Shown piece after piece: positions 18,049 to 25,506 of a stretch of 32,000 bases of DNA; the first letter of the stretch is position 1, and the number at the start of each line of letters is the position of its first letter. The position numbers and the translations under genes are program-made. The stretch spans positions 180,001 through 212,000 of the forward strand of contig JBGQBI010000005.1 in NCBI GenBank assembly GCA_041494705.1. The letters are read 5' to 3'. The stretch comes from Candidatus Methanoperedens sp. GTDB lineage: Archaea; Halobacteriota; Methanosarcinia; Methanosarcinales; Methanoperedenaceae. The notes below the pieces were generated by a model. The model had not been told where the DNA came from. It was given only the letters and a program-made list of their open reading frames with translations, and did no database searches.

Positions 18049-18600
18049 TCATAACGTTTTCGAATCCACAACCTCCCCGGCTGTAGTGAAAAATGTCCCG
18101 CCAAGATGCAGCACCGGCTTTATCCTGGAAACGTCCAGCACGCCGTCCTTTACCGCCCCAAATTCGCATGTCGTAGCCACAACCTTCCCTATAAAAAGCG
18201 TATGGTCGCCCGCTTCTTTCGTATCTACAACCTTGCACTCAATATGCGCCGCACATTCTTTTACGCATGGTGTTTTCAATGCAATGGACTCAACCGGGGT
18301 CAGTCCGCACTTTTCAAATTTATCCCCATCCCTTCCCGATATTGTACCTGCAAGCTGCACTTCTTTCAGAATATCCATGGTTGGAAGATTTAACACAAAT
18401 TCCTTCGAGCCTGTTATGCATTGATGCGTGTACCGGCTGCGCCCAACTGCAATGCAAAAAAGAGGCGGTTCAGCCGAAACGCTTGTTATCCAGGCAAGCG
18501 TGGCAACATTGGGTCTTCCATTCTTATCTATCGACGACACCAGTCCCACAAGCTGCGGGGCGAATAATCTATTTGGTTTTATATTGCATTCTGTTTTCAT
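18049..18600 (-). CDS. Flavin reductase-like FMN-binding (split-barrel) protein
   Basis: 183-aa ORF. The pattern PQLVGLVSSIDKNGRPNVATLAWITSVSAEPPLFCIAVGRSRYTHQCI..SKEFVLNLP is typical of the flavin-reductase-like domain family. Confidence 0.8.
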   Translation of the reverse strand: MKTECNIKPNRLFAPQLVGLVSSIDKNGRPNVATLAWITSVSAEPPLFCIAVGRSRYTHQCITGSKEFVLNLPTMDILKEVQLAGTISGRDGDKFEKCGLTPVESIALKTPCVKECAAHIECKVVDTKEAGDHTLFIGKVVATTCEFGAVKDGVLDVSRIKPVLHLGGTFFTTAGEVVDSKTL

Positions 18601-18674
18601 AAAGGGTTACGCCCCTTTATGACGTCCCGAGTCACGCCTCGGGAGGGCGTGTTGGGGTATGCGAAGCATACCCC
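18601..18674 (-). other. GC-rich cluster of three consecutive stem-loops in the cutA / flavin-reductase spacer
   Basis: The three hairpins are AAAGGG-TTACGC-CCCTTT (18601..18618), TCCCGAG-TCACGC-CTCGGGA (18625..18644) and GGGGTATGC-GAA-GCATACCCC (18654..18674). An alternative pairing is possible between CACGCCTC and GAGGGCGTG. Confidence 0.4.
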
Positions 18675-18708
18675 TTGGTTTGATAAAACTTTCTTAAAGT
18701 TTTTCATA

Positions 18709-19020
18709 TCAAACCTCCACGGAATCTTCTATCCATTTAAGATAATCCGAAGAACCTTCATCCATCCTGAACGAAACCACACAGGGCACTTCATAGCTGT
18801 GGAGCTCTTTGACTTTTTTTTCTATTTCTTTAACCTTTTCGGTTTTTGTCTTGACTATAATTCCAAATTCGCCCGTCTCATCGATTTTACCTTTCCACCT
18901 GAAAATCGAAGTGATCGGGAAAATATTCGCACATGCCGCAAGATGTTCTTCAACGAGTTCCCTTCCAATTTTTCGCGCCTCATCCATATCCCCAGCGGTT
19001 ATATATACGATTGAAAACAT
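18709..19020 (-). CDS. cutA: Divalent-cation tolerance protein CutA
   Basis: The pattern MFSIVYITAGDMDEARKIGRELVEEHLAACANIFP..SIFRWKGKI......IVKT......IEKKVKELHSYEVPCVV is conserved CutA1. The track starts at 19035. I prefer ATG 19020, which has a GGTGA RBS 4-5 nt upstream. Confidence 0.85.
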   Translation of the reverse strand: MFSIVYITAGDMDEARKIGRELVEEHLAACANIFPITSIFRWKGKIDETGEFGIIVKTKTEKVKEIEKKVKELHSYEVPCVVSFRMDEGSSDYLKWIEDSVEV

Positions 19021-19088
19021 TATGTCACCCTGCATAATATGCGTAACGTATTTAATAATTTACTGAAAATGTTTTAGGAGAACTCTTC

Positions 19089-21197
19089 TTGAATTCAACT
19101 AATATTATCCTGCTGGTTTTTTTACTCTACTGGCTTCTTGTCATGTTCCTTGACAGGCGCGGGATTCTTGGCAAATATAATATCACGGCATACGGACCGG
19201 TATTGATGATTCGCACCACAAAAGGGCAGGGATTTCTCGACAGGCTTGCAGTTCACAAAAGATTCTGGAGGACATTTGCAAATATCGGACTTCCGGCGAT
19301 GCTTATCGGAATGCTTGCGATGTTCATTCTGGTACTGTTCATCGATTACATGATGATTAAGTCGTTCCAGATGCAGACCGTTCCGGTGCCGGGTAAATTC
19401 AATGAGCCCCGTAATATTTTCCTGATTCCAGGCATTAATGAGTATATACCTTTTTACTGGGGCATTATCGCTTTAATCGTAACACTGGTCGTGCATGAGT
19501 TTTCACACGCCATTTTATGCAAAGTGGAAGGAATCAAAGTGAAATCCATGGGCATATTACTGGTTCTTGTCCCTATCGGAGGCTTTGCCGAACCTGACGA
19601 TGAGCAGCTTCTCGGGAAAAAAGACTATACGGAAAAAGAAACTGCACCCGAGCAGGTTAAAACCGCTGAACCTGAAAAGCTTGCAACACAACGTGAGCAA
19701 GCACCGGGCATGCCTAATCCATTTTATGATATGTTGCTTTTCATTATGGTTTTCCTGACTATTTTTTCAGGCTTTCTGGGAAATATACTTTTATCACTTC
19801 TTTTTGCTACTTTGATGCTGGCGCTTATTGTAAAATATATGCAGGTCATTAGTGATAAGTATCCTGTTTTAAGGATATTTTATCTCTTTTTTGGGTCTGC
19901 CGCACTTGCATTAATAGCTACAATTGAAAAGAACTCATATATTTTAACAGGTTTAATGCTGCTCTTCCTCCTCCCGTTGTTTATCCTGGATAGAAGCCAT
20001 GAAGTTTTAAAAGGGAAAATTGCCGAACCTGAAGAACAGATTCCCGGGAAAAAAATGCCAGAGCAATTGGAGACTAAGAAAATCGCAACACGCAGCGAAC
20101 GGGTGAGGGTGCTTTCGGCAGGCGTAATGGCAAATTTCGTTACCGCATTTATCGCATTCGTACTTTTCTTTTCATTGCTTGGCTCTATTTCCCCTGTGGG
20201 AGATGTAATGGTAACAAGCGTGGTTCCCGGATACCCTGCCGACCTTGCGGGTGTAAAACCGGATATGATATTGACAGGGATAAATGATAAGGAGGTCAAT
20301 ACTGCGCATGATTTCATTTTTTATGCAAAAACCCTGCAACCTGGGAACAACGTTACTCTTCATCTGACCGAAAAGGGGGTTAGAAAAGATATCAATATGG
20401 TAGCGACAGCTACCAACGAGACGCTCTCCGGCGTTCGTGTATTCCATGTCATAGAAGCCTCACCAGCAGAAGATGCCGGCATAAAGAATGGAATGATTAT
20501 CGTAAAAATGGATAATACCGAGATAAAGGAACTTGATGATTTTATTAATTTCATGAATTCCACCACTGCAGGCCAGAAAGTGGATGTTCATCTTTTGAGC
20601 AACAGCTCAGTTAATGCGACCATGGAAGTATTCAGGAATATCACGCTATCACTATATCCATATCAGAACGATGTCAAAAAAGGTTTTCTCGGCGTTTCCT
20701 ATTCGCCCGATGAAGGAGCCGTCAGTTATTCCATGGGAATCGGCATAGGCCAGTTCCCGGCTGCAAACTATCTGAACATACTCAAGAGCATCCCTTCATA
20801 TATGACAGGGATTGCAGGATGGGCATTACTTTTTGGTTTACCCATTTTTGGCCTTCAGGGGGAAGGATTCCCGGGCTTCAGCGGGGTGCTTGCCAATTTC
20901 TATGAGCCTACAGGATGGGCTGTGCCGCTTGGAATCGGGATATTCTGGATTTTGAATATTCTCCTGTGGGTGGGCTGGATGAATTTCTATGCCGGCTTAT
21001 TTAATTGCCTTCCGGCAGTACCTCTTGACGGCGGGCATGTATTCCGCGATGTTGTGGCTTCATCGCTCACAAGGATTATGGGGAATGGCGAGAAAGTGGA
21101 GAAAATTGCAAATTCAATTGTGGTGCTATTTGCGGTGCTGATTCTGATATCGTTTGTATTTATTATGATTGCTCCGTTCGCAGCTCACGGGTTTTAG
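19089..21197 (+). CDS. M50-family site-2 metalloprotease with two PDZ domains and a large extra TM insertion
   Basis: 702-aa ORF. The HExxH motif is in VVHEFSHAILC and the distal NxxPxxxLDG motif is in FNCLPAVPLDGGH. There are two PDZ-like segments (PADLAGVKPDMILTGIND.., PAEDAGIKNGMIIVKMDN..). The TTG start at 19089 keeps the first TM helix. Confidence 0.85.
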   Translation: MNSTNIILLVFLLYWLLVMFLDRRGILGKYNITAYGPVLMIRTTKGQGFLDRLAVHKRFWRTFANIGLPAMLIGMLAMFILVLFIDYMMIKSFQMQTVPVPGKFNEPRNIFLIPGINEYIPFYWGIIALIVTLVVHEFSHAILCKVEGIKVKSMGILLVLVPIGGFAEPDDEQLLGKKDYTEKETAPEQVKTAEPEKLATQREQAPGMPNPFYDMLLFIMVFLTIFSGFLGNILLSLLFATLMLALIVKYMQVISDKYPVLRIFYLFFGSAALALIATIEKNSYILTGLMLLFLLPLFILDRSHEVLKGKIAEPEEQIPGKKMPEQLETKKIATRSERVRVLSAGVMANFVTAFIAFVLFFSLLGSISPVGDVMVTSVVPGYPADLAGVKPDMILTGINDKEVNTAHDFIFYAKTLQPGNNVTLHLTEKGVRKDINMVATATNETLSGVRVFHVIEASPAEDAGIKNGMIIVKMDNTEIKELDDFINFMNSTTAGQKVDVHLLSNSSVNATMEVFRNITLSLYPYQNDVKKGFLGVSYSPDEGAVSYSMGIGIGQFPAANYLNILKSIPSYMTGIAGWALLFGLPIFGLQGEGFPGFSGVLANFYEPTGWAVPLGIGIFWILNILLWVGWMNFYAGLFNCLPAVPLDGGHVFRDVVASSLTRIMGNGEKVEKIANSIVVLFAVLILISFVFIMIAPFAAHGF
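19586..19622 (+). repeat. Left copy of the direct repeat bounding the M50 in-frame insertion
   Basis: Sequence TGCCGAACCTGACGATGAGCAGCTTCTCGGGAAAAAA, encoding AEPDDEQLLGKK. Confidence 0.7.
20021..20054 (+). repeat. Right copy of the direct repeat bounding the M50 in-frame insertion
   Basis: Sequence TGCCGAACCTGAAGAACAGATTCCCGGGAAAAAA, encoding AEPEEQIPGKK. It matches the left copy at 30/34 aligned positions plus one 3-nt gap and lies 435 bp (145 codons) downstream of it. Confidence 0.7.
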
Positions 21198-21301
21198 ATT
21201 ATGATTTCCATTATCCTTGCATTGTTTGCAAAAGTTTAGTAAGCACCTTATGCGTTTGATTTTAGTTTAATTATATAATTTTTATACAGTGTTATGGCAA
21301 G

Positions 21302-21320
21302 TTTTGGGGCATACCCAAAA
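21302..21320. promoter_or_regulatory. Palindromic candidate operator 1 (TTTTGGG-GCATA-CCCAAAA) upstream of the DtxR-family gene
   Basis: Perfect 7-bp arms around a 5-nt centre. It matches 16/17 positions of the site at 23544..23560. AT-rich TATA-like tracts lie on both sides (TTATATAA ~21272, ATTATTTAT 21321..). Confidence 0.6.
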
Positions 21321-21334
21321 ATTATTTATCATAC

Positions 21335-21805
21335 ATGCGCATATTTTATCCTATGAGAGACATTCACGGTTTAGAATTAAGCCCGAAGAAAAGCGAATAT
21401 TTGAAGTACATACTGGAAAAGGGTGGTATCGTTCATACGACTGATATTTCGCAGCATTTTAAACTTGATCCTTCGACTATAACTAAGACCATCCAGGAGA
21501 TGTCATCAACCGACCTTATCGAGCATATTCCGTACAGGGGAGTCCGATTGACGCCAAGGGGCATGGAGTTTGCTGAATTTTTGGTAAGGCGGCACAGGAT
21601 CATAGAATTAATGCTCTCGCATTATGGGCTTACAGCGCAGGAAGCTTGCGACGAGGCTTTGAAGTTTGAAGGGCTCGTATCCAAGGATGTGGTCGATAAG
21701 ATATGCAATTCACTGGGGCATCCGAACGTGGGTATCTGTGGCAGGATCAAGCATGATACGTGCTGCTGCTGTCCTCCTGATAATCAATGGGGCATTACCG
21801 GATGA
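21335..21805 (+). CDS. DtxR/MntR/IdeR-family metal-dependent transcriptional regulator with Cys-rich C-terminus
   Basis: It has an N-terminal wHTH (SEYLKYILEKGGIVHTTDISQHFKLDPSTITKTIQEM) and a dimerisation/metal-site helix (FLVRRHRIIELML...EACDEA..FEG). The unusual tail is GICGRIKHDTCCCCPPD. An alternative start at ATG 21353 is possible. Confidence 0.8.
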   Translation: MRIFYPMRDIHGLELSPKKSEYLKYILEKGGIVHTTDISQHFKLDPSTITKTIQEMSSTDLIEHIPYRGVRLTPRGMEFAEFLVRRHRIIELMLSHYGLTAQEACDEALKFEGLVSKDVVDKICNSLGHPNVGICGRIKHDTCCCCPPDNQWGITG

Positions 21806-22608
21806 GCGAACTATCTCCCCACATACCAGACCTTGACCTGATCACATTTTACAGTGAAAAGGGGACATCGTTATTCTCCAGGATAAGCCCCTGGACAAAG
21901 GCGTTAATGCTCGTGCTTATCATACTCTTCGTGTCGCTGGATAAAAGCCTCATATTGGCCGTGTGCCTGTATATGATAGTTTTAGCATTATACGGTTTAT
22001 CGGGCCTGCCCATTAAAAAATTGTTCCAATGGTACATGATGCCCTTTATATTTGTCCTATCGCTGGTGCTAATATTAATGTGGAATGAACCTGGGATTCC
22101 AATATTTTCCCTGAGTGCGCCATACTTTTCGCTCACCCTCACAGATAATGGACTGCTATTGCTGCTTACACTTCTGTTTAAATCGTTGGCATCAGTGACC
22201 TATTCGTTATTTTTCATTATGACCACTAAATACAATTATTTCTCTGCCATGATATATCGGGTTTTTCCCTCTCCGATCGACCAGATATTTCTCATGTCGT
22301 ACCGGTTTATATTTATGACTTTGAAAATGGTCGAATCCATGATCAAAGCACTTAGATCAAGAGGCGGAGGACTTTTAAAAAGCACACGCAGGCAGAGCAA
22401 GATGTTTGCCGAAGTGTTTGCGCTGACTATGATAAGGTCATACGATAGGGCGGACAGGGTCAATAAGGCCATGGAAGCAAGAGGGTTCAATGGAAAATAC
22501 GTTGCAGCGACCAGAATACCAGGGATAGGCTTTGGTGAATACTTCACAATGCTTGTGGCAGCGACTATGGCAATATATCTGATATGGTTCGTTAAATTAC
22601 CGTTTTAA
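21802..22608 (+). CDS. cbiQ: ECF-transporter transmembrane (T) component, CbiQ/EcfT family
   Basis: Polytopic membrane protein with the two conserved cytoplasmic Arg-Gly helices (MIKALRSRGGG and AMEARGFNG). I prefer ATG 21802, which overlaps the regulator stop as ATGA. The track start is 21787. Confidence 0.75.
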   Translation: MSELSPHIPDLDLITFYSEKGTSLFSRISPWTKALMLVLIILFVSLDKSLILAVCLYMIVLALYGLSGLPIKKLFQWYMMPFIFVLSLVLILMWNEPGIPIFSLSAPYFSLTLTDNGLLLLLTLLFKSLASVTYSLFFIMTTKYNYFSAMIYRVFPSPIDQIFLMSYRFIFMTLKMVESMIKALRSRGGGLLKSTRRQSKMFAEVFALTMIRSYDRADRVNKAMEARGFNGKYVAATRIPGIGFGEYFTMLVAATMAIYLIWFVKLPF

Positions 22609-22611
22609 AGA

Positions 22612-23514
22612 GTGATAAGATTGACAATTTCACAACAAATGCAAAATGGACATTTATGTAATATCTGTACGGCCGATGCGAACGAGCTTATTCATGTAGA
22701 TTGTGCGAGCCACATCTATCCTGACGGGAGTCTGGGCATACATGGAATGTGTTTCAGGGTGCTTGAAAAAGAGATCGTGGCTTTATGCGGCCCCAACGGA
22801 TCGGGCAAATCCACACTCATCGAGCATTTGAACGGATTGCTTCGGCCTTCCAGCGGCAGCGTAACAGTCATGGGTAAAAAGCTCGATTTGAGTCACGCAG
22901 ATATCTGGAGAGATGTTGGCGTGGTGTTCCAGAGATCGGATGACCAGCTTTTTGCGCCCACTGTATTAGATGATGTGATGTTTGGCCCCATAAACATGGG
23001 CGTAAGCATTGAACAGGCAAGGGCAGAAGCTATCAGCGCATTAAAAGCAGTAGGTGCCGAAAACCTGTCCGATAAAATGCCAAGCTATCTGAGCGGTGGT
23101 CAAAAAAGGCTGGTTTGCATTGCCGGCGTTCTTGCCATGAAGCCCAGGGTAATCGCGATGGACGAGCCTACATCTGACCTGGATTCATTACACGCCGAAA
23201 TGGTAGAGAATATCATCCTTAACCTGAAAAATAACCACGGTATCAGCATCGTTATAGCAACCCATGACCTGGACATGGCAGCAAGGATATCAGACCGTGT
23301 TTGCATCGTCAAGGATGGCTCCATTATCGCAGAGGGTAGGCCTTCATCGATATTCTATGATAAAAATCTCATAGAAACGTCAGGACTGAGGCAGCCAAAT
23401 GTCGTACAAATATACGAGGGAATAACAAAGAACCTGGGCATAGTTATGGAAAATTACCCGATAACTGCCGATGAACTGGTCAAAACAATAGCTCCAATGA
23501 TAAGGCAACATTAA
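22612..23514 (+). CDS. cbiO: ECF/ABC transporter ATP-binding component (CbiO family)
   Basis: Motifs present: Walker A GPNGSGKST, Q-loop, ABC signature LSGGQKRLV, Walker B VIAMDEPTSDLD and H-loop ATHD. GTG 22612 lies 3 nt after the cbiQ stop. ATG 22639 is an alternative start. Confidence 0.9.
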   Translation: MIRLTISQQMQNGHLCNICTADANELIHVDCASHIYPDGSLGIHGMCFRVLEKEIVALCGPNGSGKSTLIEHLNGLLRPSSGSVTVMGKKLDLSHADIWRDVGVVFQRSDDQLFAPTVLDDVMFGPINMGVSIEQARAEAISALKAVGAENLSDKMPSYLSGGQKRLVCIAGVLAMKPRVIAMDEPTSDLDSLHAEMVENIILNLKNNHGISIVIATHDLDMAARISDRVCIVKDGSIIAEGRPSSIFYDKNLIETSGLRQPNVVQIYEGITKNLGIVMENYPITADELVKTIAPMIRQH

Positions 23515-23543
23515 AAAATGAGATTCTTTTAAATCTTGATAGG

Positions 23544-23560
23544 TTTGGGGTATACCCAAA
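23544..23560. promoter_or_regulatory. Palindromic candidate operator 2 (TTTGGG-GTATA-CCCAAA) upstream of cbiM
   Basis: The arms extend to 7 bp with flanking G/C (GTTTGGG...CCCAAAC). It has the same core as 21302..21320 and is followed by TTTATAAT. It lies 44 nt upstream of the cbiM ATG. Confidence 0.6.
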
Positions 23561-23603
23561 CATTTATAATTGTTGAGGTAGTTCTGCACTTGAGAGGTAA
23601 CGT

Positions 23604-24272
23604 ATGGCACATATACATCTCCCGGATGGAGCATTCTCTATACAATGGATTATTACATGGTGGATTATAGCTATTGCAATCTTAGGCTTATGCCTGTATT
23701 GGCTGAAGAAAGTTAAGAAAATAGATAATAGAACAATAACGCTGGCAGCGATGTTAACGGCCGCATCCTTTGCAATATTCCAGGTCAACATCCCCTTATT
23801 TGGCGGGGTACACATGAACCTGACACCCCTTATTGGAATACTCGCCGGGCCAGCGATTGGCGGCATCATTGTGCTCATCGTAAACATATTATCGGCCGCA
23901 ATCGGTCATGGCGGATGGGGCATGATAGGCGCGAACTTACTCGTCAACATGACCGAAGTTACGGTTGCATACAGCATATATAAGGTGCTTGGAAAGATCA
24001 ATCTCGATACGTTCTCTAAAGCCGGCATTGGAACGATAACCGGACTCCTTTTCGGCAGCATTGCTATGATATTGATAATTCTCATATCGGGTATACAGGG
24101 CGTTCATCAGGATGTCCAGACCACGCTCTATGGTCTATCGCTCCTCGCTGCCGTCAACATGGGCGTTGCAATCATTGAGGCCGTCATCACGGGATACGTG
24201 GTATCATATATTAAAAGGGTCAGACCCGACATGCTTCGGGAGGTGATTCCTGTTGGAGCAACAGCAAGGTAA
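23604..24272 (+). CDS. cbiM: Cobalt/nickel ECF substrate-capture component CbiM/NikM family
   Basis: 222-aa polytopic membrane protein. Its N-terminus MAHIHLPDG is a variant of the family signature MHIPDG. Gly-rich TM helices are typical of CbiM. Confidence 0.85.
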   Translation: MAHIHLPDGAFSIQWIITWWIIAIAILGLCLYWLKKVKKIDNRTITLAAMLTAASFAIFQVNIPLFGGVHMNLTPLIGILAGPAIGGIIVLIVNILSAAIGHGGWGMIGANLLVNMTEVTVAYSIYKVLGKINLDTFSKAGIGTITGLLFGSIAMILIILISGIQGVHQDVQTTLYGLSLLAAVNMGVAIIEAVITGYVVSYIKRVRPDMLREVIPVGATAR

Positions 24273-24525
24273 TAAAAAGGGACTCATTATATTCGGGGCT
24301 ATCGTGCTCATATTTCTGGTCTTATGCCTTTTTGCCTATATAATAACAGGAGATAAAGGGATAGAAGAACGCTTTTCAAACGCAGTAGGACTACCGAGCG
24401 AGCCTGATAGCGGCGATAACGGGATTTTCGGCTTCACACTCGAAGGTAATCACCTATCCTATGTAATCATATTGGCCTTGATTTTGGTCGCAACAGCATT
24501 AATATATGCAAAATATAGGACATAA
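24253..24525 (+). CDS. Small two-TM membrane protein in the CbiN/NikN position
   Basis: 90-aa ORF with TM helices at both ends (LIIFGAIVLIFLVLCLFAYII and SYVIILALILVATALIYA) around a polar loop, matching CbiN-like topology. The only plausible start is TTG 24253, which overlaps cbiM by 20 nt. I see no clear sequence similarity to CbiN. Confidence 0.5.
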   Translation: MEQQQGNKKGLIIFGAIVLIFLVLCLFAYIITGDKGIEERFSNAVGLPSEPDSGDNGIFGFTLEGNHLSYVIILALILVATALIYAKYRT

Positions 24526-24632
24526 ACAATACCCTACTTTTTTATTATTGGAGACCCCATCCGTTCCACCCTCTTATCCTTTCTATCATTATGCCTTTCA
24601 TTCTATCTTTCATTTTTTATGAGAGCATGACG

Positions 24633-25505
24633 CTATTTCCCGGTCAGTCTCATCAATATAAGACTGGCTTCATACAGAATAACAAAAGGCACGGTCACCA
24701 TTAACTGGCTGAAAATATCCGGTCCCGGCGTAATCCATGCCGCTATTACGAGGAGGATAATGTAAGCATGTCTCCTGTAATAAGAAAGGGTCTTCCTTGA
24801 TGTTACGCCAAATCTGACAAGGAGAGTCAAAATCAGCGGCAATTCAAAAGCAGCCCCCATAATGACCGTAGTCATTACAATAAAATAAACGAACTCATAA
24901 ACAGAGAAATTCGCATTTATCCCGAGGCTCATGGCATCCTGGTAGAGATAACTTAAAAAAAGCGGGAGCATATAAAAATAGGCATATCCAGCCCCGGTTA
25001 AAAACAGCAATATGGCTGTGGCTATGATGGAGAATATCAGCGATTTTTTTTGCAATATAATATCCGGTAACCTGCCTTTTAGCCCTTTATACGCATAATA
25101 AATAATAAGCGGGGATGCAAGAAGCACCCCGAAAATAAGGGACATCTTGAACTCAAGCATCAGCACTTCCATGGGAGTGAGATAAACAATATTGGGTTTG
25201 TATATATTTATACCATTAGATATATTTATCAACTCGCCTGAAAGTTTTGTCAGGTTCTGCGCTATGACTGAATCATTAATCCTGTTTGATAGCGCGGTGA
25301 GATTCTGGGAAATTTCAACCAGCTGCCCCGATGCGCCTGTTTTATCGGGCAGCTCAAGACGCCAGAACATATCGGTTTCTATTTTTTTAATCACTTCACC
25401 CATGAAGGAAAAAGAAATAAGCGCCCCAGCGCCGAAAACCGCGACTATGTAAAATACCTTTTTTTTAATTCCGGAAATTAATGAAAAAATCTCTTCCATT
25501 GCCAT
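24633..25505 (-). CDS. tatC: Twin-arginine translocase subunit TatC
   Basis: 290-aa ORF with six predicted TM helices. TatC blocks include YLTPMEVLMLEFKMSLIFGVLLASPLIIYYAYKGL and ITPGPDIFSQLMVTVP. It has a long first extracytoplasmic loop. Confidence 0.85.
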   Translation of the reverse strand: MAMEEIFSLISGIKKKVFYIVAVFGAGALISFSFMGEVIKKIETDMFWRLELPDKTGASGQLVEISQNLTALSNRINDSVIAQNLTKLSGELINISNGINIYKPNIVYLTPMEVLMLEFKMSLIFGVLLASPLIIYYAYKGLKGRLPDIILQKKSLIFSIIATAILLFLTGAGYAYFYMLPLFLSYLYQDAMSLGINANFSVYEFVYFIVMTTVIMGAAFELPLILTLLVRFGVTSRKTLSYYRRHAYIILLVIAAWITPGPDIFSQLMVTVPFVILYEASLILMRLTGK

Positions 25506-25506
25506 T

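Noticed and set aside
18652-18674. The 9-bp-stem hairpin GTTGGGGTATGC-GAA-GCATACCCC shares the 9-mer TTGGGGTAT with the candidate operator of the metal-transporter locus. It was considered as a third operator.
   Set aside because: The half-site spacing and arm length differ (9-bp arms with a 3-nt loop versus TTTGGG-N5-CCCAAA). It also sits between two co-directional genes rather than at a promoter. The similarity may be coincidental.
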